38,824 nt of DNA from Smithella sp. (GCA_050011015.1 JBEKJX010000013.1:1-38824), one strand, 5' to 3'; counted from the first letter of the stretch, positions 25,469-34,213 are shown. Translations and numbers: made by a program. The notes: generated from the letters alone by a model not told the origin.

Positions 25469-27166
25469 TCAGAAGCAGGTTCCCCTGCCTTTGGCGGCGT
25501 CCAGGAGTTTGCAATTTCCCAGTGTACATGCTTTTTGCGCGTCATGACAGCCGTTTTCCATATTCCCCTGATTTAAATAAATAATCGCTCTGTAGTTGTA
25601 AGCATCGGCAAAATCCGGTTTCAGCCGGATGGCTTCATTTAAGTCCTCAAATGCGCGTTGATACTGACCGAGTTTAACGTAAGCAACCCCTCTGTTGTAG
25701 AAGGCAGAGGCATGATTCGGGTTCAGGATGATTGCTTTATTATAATCCTCAATGGCACTTTGGGGCTTATCGAGTCCAAAGTAACCAATTCCTCTATTGT
25801 TGTAGAAATCGGCATTATCGGGGTTCAGCCGGATTGCCTCGTGATAATGATACATAGCTTCCTCAATTTTCCCTTCATCAAACAAGGCAAGACCTAAATT
25901 ATTATGCGCCACAGAATTATCCTTTGTTATCTGCAAGGCATGGCTGAAGAGTTTGATACTGTTTTTCCAGTAACCGCATTGTTGCCATGTTAAAACTGAC
26001 AAGATGGCAAGTAATGCTACACCTGCCGGAAATAAAATCATTTTGCGGATGTTTTCGCGCGGAAACAAAGATGGAATGCCCCAGGCAAGCCCAATGGCAA
26101 TGCCGATGGATGGCAGATAAATATAACGATCGGCCATCGAGTTGTTCCCTACAGGAATGATCCCGATTACAGGCAGCAGAGTTATGGAATACCATAGCCA
26201 TCCAACGAAAAGATACGGCCGACGTTTTATCTTTAAAATGACAGCAACACTGATGATAAGAATCAGAAAAGAAATTCCCAGGACAAGCCAATCAGGAAAT
26301 TGGCCGAAAAAAGGATAGCAAACAGCAAGATCCTTCGGCATAAATGTTTTCTCCAGATAAATTACAAAAGAAACGAGCGCGTTTATGATTCGTGATTCCA
26401 ATGGCAATGGCCAACCTTTTATGTACGCTCCAGGCTGGGCACAAATTGTAACAATAGAAAAAAACGCTGATAGAATAAAAAAAGGTAACTTTTCCTTCAA
26501 CTGCCATAAAACCAAATTAGTTTTATTTTTCAGTGATTTAAAACGTCGCAGCGGCCAGAAATCCAGAAGTATCATTATCACCGGCAGGGTGACAACCATT
26601 GATTTGCTCATAAGTCCGCAAACAAAGCAAAGAAGAACGAGCAAGTATCTTTTTATAACCGGTTTTTCCGTGTAATAAACATAAAAGCATAAAGTCAGCA
26701 TCCAGAAAAACGCGCTTAAGACATCTTTACGTTCGGCTATCCAGGCAACCGATTCCACATGCAACGGATGAAGCGCAAAAAATGCGGCGACAAAGGCGCT
26801 TTTCCAGATTGCTCCTGTCATGCGGTTAAAAAGCAAGAATAGCAATAGAGTGCTCATGATATGCAAGATAAGGTTGGTCAGGTGATAACCGCCTGCATTC
26901 AGGCCATAAAGCTGATAATCAAGCATCAGAAACAGCCATGTCAAAGGATGCCAGAATTCGGCATAGGTCGTGCTGAACGCCCAGCGAAATCCTTCCCGAG
27001 TTATTCCAGAATGGATATGAATGTTATCGGTGACGTAAACTTGATCATCCAGATAAACAAAACCGAATTGATTCACCTGCCAGAAAACGGCAATTGTAGC
27101 CAATATCAAAACGATATAAATGATCAGTTTCTGCCTTTGAGTGCTAATCTCTATCTTGTTCAACAT
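25469..27166 (-). CDS. TMTC-like membrane glycosyltransferase (GT-C/DUF1736-type N-terminal domain) fused to C-terminal TPR repeats, paralogue 1
   Basis: First-loop acidic motif YLDDQVYV, GGYHLTNLILH, and ALHPLHVESVAWIAERKDVLSAFFW (DUF1736-like). About 10 or more TM spans. TPRs AIRLNPDNADFYNNRG and similar. Cys-rich tail GCHDAQKACTLGNCKLLDAAKGRGTCF. Confidence 0.85.
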   Translation of the reverse strand: MLNKIEISTQRQKLIIYIVLILATIAVFWQVNQFGFVYLDDQVYVTDNIHIHSGITREGFRWAFSTTYAEFWHPLTWLFLMLDYQLYGLNAGGYHLTNLILHIMSTLLLFLLFNRMTGAIWKSAFVAAFFALHPLHVESVAWIAERKDVLSAFFWMLTLCFYVYYTEKPVIKRYLLVLLCFVCGLMSKSMVVTLPVIMILLDFWPLRRFKSLKNKTNLVLWQLKEKLPFFILSAFFSIVTICAQPGAYIKGWPLPLESRIINALVSFVIYLEKTFMPKDLAVCYPFFGQFPDWLVLGISFLILIISVAVILKIKRRPYLFVGWLWYSITLLPVIGIIPVGNNSMADRYIYLPSIGIAIGLAWGIPSLFPRENIRKMILFPAGVALLAILSVLTWQQCGYWKNSIKLFSHALQITKDNSVAHNNLGLALFDEGKIEEAMYHYHEAIRLNPDNADFYNNRGIGYFGLDKPQSAIEDYNKAIILNPNHASAFYNRGVAYVKLGQYQRAFEDLNEAIRLKPDFADAYNYRAIIYLNQGNMENGCHDAQKACTLGNCKLLDAAKGRGTCF

Positions 27167-27238
27167 ATCTTTTTCTGATTTCCTTTAATCACGCAAGTCA
27201 AACATCTGATAAAAATATATTCATAAATCTATATCATA

Positions 27239-27348
27239 TTAAGTTTTAAGATTTAAGATTTAAGATTTAAGGAAAAAAGTGAAAAGTGAAGAGTGAAGGG
27301 TGAAGAATTAACTTAAAACTTAATTATTTAAATCTTAATTACTTAAAT
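27239..27348. repeat. TTAAG-rich inverted arms flanking a GTGAAR tandem tract, copy 2 of 3
   Basis: Left arm ttaagttttaagatttaagatttaagatttaagg. Centre agtgaaaagtgaagagtgaagggtgaag. Right arm ttaacttaaaacttaattatttaaatcttaattacttaaat. cttaaaacttaa is the exact reverse complement of ttaagttttaag. Confidence 0.65.
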
Positions 27349-27356
27349 ATCACTTT

Positions 27357-29198
27357 TTACCGTTTAAGGCAGTATCCCCTGCCTTTAGCCGCTTCGAGGA
27401 GTTTGCAATCTCCCAGTAAACATGATTTTTGCGCATCATGGCAGCCGGTTTCGATATTCCCCTGATTTAAAGAAATAATCGCTCTGTTGTTGTAGGCATC
27501 GGCAGAATCCGGTTTCAACCGGATGGCTTCATTAAAGTCGTCAAATGCACTTTTTTGCCGGCCAAGTTTAACGTAAGCAACCCCTCTGTTGTAGTAGGCA
27601 TCGGCAAAATTCGGGTTCAGGATGATTGCTTTATTATAATCCTCGACAGCGCTTTGGGGCTTATCGAGTCCAAAGTAACAAATTCCTCTATTGTTGTAGA
27701 AATCGGCGCCATCGGGATTTAACCGGATTGCCTCGTTATAATGATACATAGCTTCTTCGATTTTTCCGTTTTTAAACAGGGCGGAACCTAAACTGTTATG
27801 CGCCAGATAATTATCCTTTGTTACCTGCAAAGCATGACTAAAGAGAGAGGCGCTGTCCCTCCAGTAACCGCATTGCCGCCATGTTAAGACTGCCATGATG
27901 GATAGAGCGGCTATTGAGGCCGGGAATAATATCTTTTTACGTATGTCTTCGCTATTAATTAAAAGCGGAATGCCCCAGGCCAGCATAACGGCAAGGCCGA
28001 TAGAGGGCAGGTAATGGTAGCGGTCGGCCATCGAGTATGGCATTACTAACGACACCTGAATTATCCCTATGACCGGTAGAATGGTTGTCGCGTACCAAAG
28101 CCATCCCACGAATAAGTACGGCAATCGTTTTGCCGTGACAATAACGGCAGCGCTGATAACAATAATCACAAGAGCGGCTCCAAAAACATGCCATACCGGA
28201 AGTTGATCGGAAAAAGGATAATAATAAGCCATGTCACTCGGCATAAATGTTTTTGCCAGATATGTCACAAAAGCAACCGGCGCGTTTGCAAGCCGGGAGC
28301 TAAGGGAAAGAGCTTTTAACGATGTCTTTTGATCCTCTGGAATATAAAGCGTGATGATAACAAGAATTGTCGACAGAATAAGAAATGGTATTTTTTCCCA
28401 TAGCTGCCATAAAGGGATAATTCCCGCGATTCCGGTTTCCGGTAATTTCCGGGAATCGGCTGAAGAAATGTTTTTCTTTAAAGCAACTTTGTTTTCTTTG
28501 TTCTTCTTTTTTCCTTTATTTGCGGCGACGGAAATATTTTCCGGTTCTTTAGCTGCTATTTCCCGCGATTGAAGGCGATTCAGCGGCCAGTAATCCAGAA
28601 GGATCATCACAAAGGGCAGGGTGACAACCATTGGCTTGCTCAAAAGAGCCAATACAAATGAAAAAAGAACAGGAAGGTATCTTTTTATAACCGGTTTTTC
28701 CGTGTAATAGACATAAAGGCACAAAGTCAGCATCCAGAAAAAGGCGCTCAGAACATCTTTGCGTTCAGATATCCAGGCAACCGATTCCACATGCAGCGGG
28801 TGAAGCGCGAAAAAAGCGGCGACAAAGGCGCTACGCCAGACAGCTCCGGTCATGCGGTTAAAAAGCCAGAACAGCAGCAGAGCGCTTAGTATATGCAGGA
28901 TAAGGTTGGTTAGATGATAACCGCCGGCATTCAAGCCATGAAGTTGATAATCGAACATGAAGGAAAGCCAAACGAGGGGGTTCCATAAACCAAAAAATTT
29001 TGTGCTGAACGCCCAGCGAAATCCATCAAAAGTGATTCCGGACTGAATGTGAATGTTCTCTAAGACATAAACGTGATCGTCGAAATTTACGTAACCATAT
29101 TGATTCACTTGCCAGTAAACGGCAAGCGTAACAACAGCCAAAATAATATAAACAATCAGTTTCTGTCTTTGCGGACGAATACTTACCTTATTTAACAT
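27357..29198 (-). CDS. TMTC-like membrane glycosyltransferase + TPR, paralogue 2 (with a Lys-rich ~48-aa insertion)
   Basis: Same motifs as paralogue 1 (NFDDHVYV, ALHPLHVESVAWISERKDVLSAFFW, Cys tail GCHDAQKSCLLGDCKLLEAAKGRGYC). Extra loop QSREIAAKEPENISVAANKGKKKNKENKVALKKNISSADSRK. Confidence 0.85.
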   Translation of the reverse strand: MLNKVSIRPQRQKLIVYIILAVVTLAVYWQVNQYGYVNFDDHVYVLENIHIQSGITFDGFRWAFSTKFFGLWNPLVWLSFMFDYQLHGLNAGGYHLTNLILHILSALLLFWLFNRMTGAVWRSAFVAAFFALHPLHVESVAWISERKDVLSAFFWMLTLCLYVYYTEKPVIKRYLPVLFSFVLALLSKPMVVTLPFVMILLDYWPLNRLQSREIAAKEPENISVAANKGKKKNKENKVALKKNISSADSRKLPETGIAGIIPLWQLWEKIPFLILSTILVIITLYIPEDQKTSLKALSLSSRLANAPVAFVTYLAKTFMPSDMAYYYPFSDQLPVWHVFGAALVIIVISAAVIVTAKRLPYLFVGWLWYATTILPVIGIIQVSLVMPYSMADRYHYLPSIGLAVMLAWGIPLLINSEDIRKKILFPASIAALSIMAVLTWRQCGYWRDSASLFSHALQVTKDNYLAHNSLGSALFKNGKIEEAMYHYNEAIRLNPDGADFYNNRGICYFGLDKPQSAVEDYNKAIILNPNFADAYYNRGVAYVKLGRQKSAFDDFNEAIRLKPDSADAYNNRAIISLNQGNIETGCHDAQKSCLLGDCKLLEAAKGRGYCLKR

Positions 29199-29273
29199 AT
29201 CCGATTTTCGTTTCCTTTAATCACGCAAGTCAAACACCTGATAGAAATAAACTCGAAAATCTATATCATAAAA

Positions 29274-29330
29274 AGTTTTAAGATTTAAGTTTTAAGATTA
29301 AAGATTTAAAGGTAAAAAGTGAAGAATGGA
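29274..29330. repeat. TTAAG-rich / GTGAAG repeat element, copy 3 of 3 (shorter)
   Basis: Reads agttttaagatttaagttttaagattaaagatttaaagg, then aaagtgaagaatgg. It is preceded by the same ~70-bp leader (tcctttaatcacgcaagtcaaaca.ctgata) as copy 2. Confidence 0.6.
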
Positions 29331-29383
29331 TAGTAAATAGCTATCAGTCGTCCGCACATTCGGGGCCTTAATGACAAGGCAAA

Positions 29384-30934
29384 TTACAGTAATAATTGAT
29401 TGTCCATGGATCGCGTCTCCCCTATACTGGTAACATAAATTGCCGGTTGACCGAGAAGAGGACAATGTGACTCACACAGCCCGCAGCCAATGCATGTTTC
29501 CAGATCAACGTGCGGTTGATTTAAATACGATACGTTTCCGTTTCTGTTTATCACTTTTGCCTTTTCCAGCCAGATCGCTTTCTTCGGGACAGGACAAACC
29601 TCCTGACAAACAATACATGGCGTAGAGTGGGCATAAGGCAGGCATCTTCCTTTATCAATCAGAGCCGTGCCTATTTTTATTTTTTCTTTTTCCCGCAGTT
29701 CCAGTTTTTTTATCGCACCTGTCGGGCAGACCTGGCCGCAGAGAGTGCAGTGATGTTCACAGTAGCCAATTCGCGGTACCAGCACCGGTGACCAGATTCC
29801 CTCGATTCCGGCCTCCAGAAATGCCGGTTGAAGACCATTGGTAATACAGACCTTCATGCATTCGCCACATTTTACGCAACGGGCAAGGAATTGTTTTTCG
29901 TCGAGAGAACCGGGCGGCCGTATTAGTTTAGGCGTGGATGCGCCCGCCTGTTTGTTGATGGCTGTAATCCTGATCAGTGGAACGGCAACGAGACCGGACA
30001 AAATCATTCCTAGGATCCTTCTTTTGCCGAGATCAACAAAAGCAGCCGGCTGCGTCTTTTTAAAAAATCCAAACCGAACGGCATTTTGAGGGCAGAGATC
30101 ATCACAATTCATGCAAACCAGGCACTCCGTATTATGCCAGTTTTCTTTTTTATCGGGAGAGGCGTTCCCCTGACAATCAAAAGTACAGGCTCCGCAGGAA
30201 TTGCAGCCTTCGCTGACCTGTCGCGTTAAGAAGGAATAACGGGAGAGCAGGCCCAGAAGCGCCCCCAGAGGACAGAGATATTTGCACCAGAAACGTTTTT
30301 CGAGAAGGTTCAGTCCCAGAATGATGAAGAACAATAATCCCAGAAAAACGCTCTGAAGAAAAAACAGCTGCTGGAAAGGAAGCCAGAGTTTTTTAAAAAG
30401 CGTATAGATAAATTCGGAAATGCTGCTCAGAACAGGAATGTTTAAATTGTAAAACATATCAAATACAGCCCGCGTTGCATAACTTGCCGCCGGGTAAACT
30501 GACAACGACAGTGAACGAATCAAAAGTGAAACAGGGTCGAATACTCCTGTGAATTGCAGGGAAAAGAGGGACATGGTAATCAAAAATATCAAGAGGCAGT
30601 ATTTCAACCAATGCCAGTTTAAAGGTATTCTGGGTGGTCGCTTCTTTTGCAGCGTACCGACAATGTTGTTAAGCGTTCCCAGAGGACATACCCAGCCGCA
30701 GAAAACCCTGCCCATGATAATAGTAACAGCGATCACCAAAATGGCCAGGAAAAATGTATTATACCATGCGTGGCTGGAAAGGATTGTGGTGATGAAAATC
30801 AGCGGGTCGGCATCCAGAAATATTTTAACGGGATAGCCGAGTTCATCGGCTCCTTTTGATTCAGTCTGCAGAAAGAGCCACAAAAATGTCAGCAAAAAAA
30901 GTCCCTGTGTTGCTATGCGGATTTTTCTAATCAT
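29384..30934 (-). CDS. Membrane-bound polyferredoxin of the NapH/NosR-C-terminal type (multiple 4Fe-4S motifs)
   Basis: N-terminal RIATQGLFLLTFLWLFL. Two CxxxCPxG membrane-associated motifs (FCGWVCPLGTL, WCKYLCPLGAL). Ferredoxin motifs CNSCGACTFDC, CLVCMNCDDLCP, CVKCGECMKVC, CTLCGQVCP, CIVCQEVCP, CIGCGLCESHCP. Confidence 0.85.
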   Translation of the reverse strand: MIRKIRIATQGLFLLTFLWLFLQTESKGADELGYPVKIFLDADPLIFITTILSSHAWYNTFFLAILVIAVTIIMGRVFCGWVCPLGTLNNIVGTLQKKRPPRIPLNWHWLKYCLLIFLITMSLFSLQFTGVFDPVSLLIRSLSLSVYPAASYATRAVFDMFYNLNIPVLSSISEFIYTLFKKLWLPFQQLFFLQSVFLGLLFFIILGLNLLEKRFWCKYLCPLGALLGLLSRYSFLTRQVSEGCNSCGACTFDCQGNASPDKKENWHNTECLVCMNCDDLCPQNAVRFGFFKKTQPAAFVDLGKRRILGMILSGLVAVPLIRITAINKQAGASTPKLIRPPGSLDEKQFLARCVKCGECMKVCITNGLQPAFLEAGIEGIWSPVLVPRIGYCEHHCTLCGQVCPTGAIKKLELREKEKIKIGTALIDKGRCLPYAHSTPCIVCQEVCPVPKKAIWLEKAKVINRNGNVSYLNQPHVDLETCIGCGLCESHCPLLGQPAIYVTSIGETRSMDNQLLL

Positions 30935-31025
30935 GTAAAACCTCTACAGGCCGATATGTGCCTTTCCCTTTATATCGCTGCAGGTCCTGATAGTAACGGG
31001 AGATTCAGCGCCTCATAAAAAATTA

Positions 31026-31928
31026 TCAGATATTTATTTTTTTAATTCTTAATCCGGCAATGTCCATGCTGCCGAGTCCGGCTTTGTGTCCTGCTACGAC
31101 ATAGCCGAGATTTGTCCCTTTCAAACCGAAGAGTGTGGCGCCGAAAGCGTCGACGGCCACCTGATCCCTTCCTGCAATGACTGTATTGAGTTGCCTGACA
31201 TCGGCAAGGTCGCCTCCCTGCGGTCCGTTTGCAGTCAGTATGCGCACCGCGTCAAGAATGATCAGCGCGGGCTTGACGGCCATGGCCAGATCCACCAGAC
31301 TGCCGTTGATGCTCTGGTGTATCCTTCCTCGTGAACTGCCCATAATTCCCATCAGGTTCTTCATTCCCAGAGTAAGAGTGGACAGGCCGTGTGTTTTGGC
31401 GATAGGAATATTAATAAACTTGTCCGCCTCGAGTGCTTCGGTATAAAAAGGCCATGATTTCAAGGCAACACCGGCTAATTTTACTTCACGGAATTTTCTA
31501 TCATCTATATAGCTAACAATTCCGCCCGCGGCAGTGGCTGCATCCAAAATGCCGCTTTGTTTATAGCAGCGCCGCGGATCGACAACACTATGGTCGAAAA
31601 CCTTAACCTGTTTTGCCCCTGCTTCGTAACACAAAGTGATCACTGCCGAGACTACTTCCGGATTGGTTGTTGCCGCATATGCCGGCAGCCTGTCCCACCC
31701 GATATTCGGTTTAACGACCACAATATCTCCCCTGGAGATGAAAGCTTTGATTCCGCCTAAAGCATCGATGGCCGCTTTTGTTATTTGGGCAGGTGAAAGG
31801 CCGTGAACTGCGACAAGGTCTGATTTTTCCGCGGCTTCCAGAGTTTTGAAAAATAAGTTTGAAGCGCCCGGTATGGCAAAAGCCGCGCCGGCGATAACAG
31901 TGGTTTTGAGAAAGTTCCTGCGATTCAT
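31026..31928 (-). CDS. Tat-signal DUF362-family protein (300 aa)
   Basis: Start trimmed to the ATG at 31928, giving MNRRNFLKTTVIAGAAFAIPGAS (canonical twin-arginine signal). DUF362-like core DIVVVKPNIGWDR...INIPIAKTHGLSTLTLGMKNLMG. Confidence 0.8.
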   Translation of the reverse strand: MNRRNFLKTTVIAGAAFAIPGASNLFFKTLEAAEKSDLVAVHGLSPAQITKAAIDALGGIKAFISRGDIVVVKPNIGWDRLPAYAATTNPEVVSAVITLCYEAGAKQVKVFDHSVVDPRRCYKQSGILDAATAAGGIVSYIDDRKFREVKLAGVALKSWPFYTEALEADKFINIPIAKTHGLSTLTLGMKNLMGIMGSSRGRIHQSINGSLVDLAMAVKPALIILDAVRILTANGPQGGDLADVRQLNTVIAGRDQVAVDAFGATLFGLKGTNLGYVVAGHKAGLGSMDIAGLRIKKINI

Positions 31929-32034
31929 AGCACACCCGTAAAAAAATTTTAGTAAATGTTCATTCCATGAATTCGGTAGCGAACGCATTCCCCGTGGCTT
32001 GCCTTGGGAGAGCTTCAAAATAAAAACGCCTGTG

Positions 32035-32982
32035 TCAACCGCCCGCATCGGAACCGGTTCGTTTACTCATCTGTTCGATAAATTGTCTGGCCAGAGAATT
32101 ATTTTTGACCCTGACCGCGCCGATGATGTAACGTCCCGACTGCCGGGCCACTACGCCGCCATACAAGGGATCAACCGCAGTGATCATCCTTTGATTCGCC
32201 TTTCCGGTCAATTGAATGCTTCCGGTCTCAGCTTTCAGATAAGCATAGTATTGATCAAAAACCCTGTGGGCATCAGCCGGCGTATCCTCGTGTATTGCAA
32301 ATATCTGCATCTTTTCATCCTGCGCCACGGCATCTGCTATCAGGCCTTTGCGAAAGAACGCATACCCGAGCAGACTTTGGGCAAGATACCGTTCGCTCTT
32401 TGGCGCAAGCGCAGGAATCTTCAGAATCTCCAGTTCCCTGGGCTCGCCTGCTCCCGCCGGAAGATTTTTGGAGATAGCCCGGGCGCATGCCAGCAATGTG
32501 TCCTTCGGGAGACTTGTTTCTCCGGAGACTTGCAACTTTATAAAATATCTGTCCTGATAAAAAATTAACTGCGAAGGCGACACAAATCCTTCGGCGCCTA
32601 TGGCGACCCAATTATCACTTGTCTTGCGGTAGTTGGAATAAATTCCAAAAGCATCAAGCACAGAGGCCATTCTGTAGACATCGGCATCAATGGCCAAATC
32701 CTGATTCTTCTTATTGATATAATTTGCCGAAGCCAGAACGTCGAACCCGTAGGATAAGTAGAGCTCGGCTTCTCCATCGATATGATTAAACAGAGTATTC
32801 CTGTCGTAAAATTCGACCGCTCCCCCGATGGCCCATTCTCCGGAAAATCCCGGTCCGGAAAACACATCTTTGATTGCCGGTTGGGTAGCCCGGGCGGGAC
32901 AAGACATCATCATGATCAACAGGGCAAAGACAAATGCCGAAATTGCCGTCAGGATGCCTGATCGTCCCGGGGATGATATCAT
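32035..32982 (-). CDS. Secreted protein or lipoprotein of unknown function
   Basis: Start trimmed to MISSPGRSGILTAISAFVFALLIMMMSCPARA, a signal peptide with a possible lipobox Cys. An alternative ATG lies at 33057. The ORF-track start at 33288 would overlap the upstream gene by 224 nt. Confidence 0.6.
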   Translation of the reverse strand: MISSPGRSGILTAISAFVFALLIMMMSCPARATQPAIKDVFSGPGFSGEWAIGGAVEFYDRNTLFNHIDGEAELYLSYGFDVLASANYINKKNQDLAIDADVYRMASVLDAFGIYSNYRKTSDNWVAIGAEGFVSPSQLIFYQDRYFIKLQVSGETSLPKDTLLACARAISKNLPAGAGEPRELEILKIPALAPKSERYLAQSLLGYAFFRKGLIADAVAQDEKMQIFAIHEDTPADAHRVFDQYYAYLKAETGSIQLTGKANQRMITAVDPLYGGVVARQSGRYIIGAVRVKNNSLARQFIEQMSKRTGSDAGG

Positions 32983-33064
32983 GACATCCCCGAGACACTG
33001 TCGAAGCTCAAAGCGATAGCCGGTCAAAGACGGCCTGATATTATAATGATCGTACATGTTTTTT

Positions 33065-34213
33065 CTATGCCAATAATTTTCTGGCTTGCGCCATCTTTGT
33101 CGGAATATCAAGGCCGTTGACACACTTTGCCGCACAAGTCTGACAGGTAAGACATGCGGAGGCTGAGGCAGCCGCGGGAATTTCACGGTAAGTAGACCGG
33201 GAAAGTTCCATGTTTTTGTATGCTTCTCCGTACATGACGCACCGATTGATCGTGCTGATTTCCACACCTTTGGAGCAGGCAGGTTCACACTTTCCGCAAA
33301 AGTGGCAGTAATAGGGCTTTACGGCATCGCCGTAACGTTTCAGGATAAGTTTGTCGAAGTAACTTAATTTCAGACCCATCACCCCTATGTCTTCTCTAAG
33401 TTCCGCCAGATTCCGCATGCCGGGGATTGCCGCCGTGACATTTGTATCCTGAAGCGCCCATTTAAGGGCTGCCCGATGAGGACTGATGGGGCCAAGCTGA
33501 TCCGTTTGGTAACCGCCGGCCTGGGTTTTCATCGCGATGATGCCGATTTTGTGAAGGGCGGCTTTCGCGATGGCTTCCTTCAAATCGTTGCCGCTCTTGA
33601 AATTATAAGCCACCAGAGCTGTATCAAAAAATTTATCTTTATCTTCCATTAAAGCATTGAGCACCTGCACCTGGTTTGTATGCGTGGTCACCCCGAAGAA
33701 ACGCGCCTTTCCCTGCTGTTTCAGTTTTACCAGCGCTTCCCTGATTTCCGGAGAAAAAATCCTGACTTTATCGGTAAGGTTGTGCAGTTGGATGACATCT
33801 AAATAATCGGTATCGAGCGCTTTAAGGCTTGTTTCCACGTCCTTGAAAATGGCTTCTTTTGTTATGGAGTCGGGCAGGATCTTTGTTGCGACATATACCT
33901 TATCGCGTCTGCCTTTTAATGCCCGGCCCACGATTTCCTCATTCTTTCCGCCCATATATTTACGTGCCGTATCGACATAGTTGACACCATGATCGAAAGC
34001 AATTTCCAAAACCTCCGGTTCCGGTGTTAACATCGCGCCAAAGCTTACAATCGTAATCTTCAGGCCTGTCCGGCCAAGTATTCTGTAAACGGGTGCGGGA
34101 AAGACGAAGGGTTCCGTTACTGTTTTCTCCAGAATTTGGGCGAAAGCGCTCGACTCTATCAGGGTTGATGTTGTTACTATCACACCGGACTTCAAGAAAT
34201 CTCTTCTGTTCAT
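33065..34213 (-). CDS. Aldo/keto reductase-family oxidoreductase with twin-arginine signal and a C-terminal Cys-rich (Fe-S) domain
   Basis: MNRRDFLKSGVIVTTSTLIESSAFA Tat-type signal. AKR core with VDTARKY (Asp/Tyr), ATK (Lys) and QLHN (His). C-terminal CHFCGKCEPAC and CLTCQTCAAKC. Confidence 0.85.
   Translation of the reverse strand: MNRRDFLKSGVIVTTSTLIESSAFAQILEKTVTEPFVFPAPVYRILGRTGLKITIVSFGAMLTPEPEVLEIAFDHGVNYVDTARKYMGGKNEEIVGRALKGRRDKVYVATKILPDSITKEAIFKDVETSLKALDTDYLDVIQLHNLTDKVRIFSPEIREALVKLKQQGKARFFGVTTHTNQVQVLNALMEDKDKFFDTALVAYNFKSGNDLKEAIAKAALHKIGIIAMKTQAGGYQTDQLGPISPHRAALKWALQDTNVTAAIPGMRNLAELREDIGVMGLKLSYFDKLILKRYGDAVKPYYCHFCGKCEPACSKGVEISTINRCVMYGEAYKNMELSRSTYREIPAAASASACLTCQTCAAKCVNGLDIPTKMAQARKLLA

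Noticed and set aside
27239-27348. Possible CRISPR array, given the short tandem TTAAG/GTGAAG repeats
   Set aside because: The repeat units are 6-12 nt with no unique spacers of 25-40 nt, and no cas genes are present. The architecture is inverted arms plus a microsatellite, not a CRISPR array.
31929-32048. N-terminal 40-aa extension of the DUF362 ORF in the track (start at 32048)
   Set aside because: The internal ATG at 31928 gives a textbook twin-arginine signal at the very N-terminus. The extension would bury the signal and would overlap the upstream gene.
32983-33288. N-terminal ~100-aa extension of the 417-aa ORF
   Set aside because: It would overlap the 3' end of the AKR gene by 224 nt, and the extension has non-protein-like composition. 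The internal ATG at 32982 gives a signal peptide. The ATG at 33057 is kept as an alternative.
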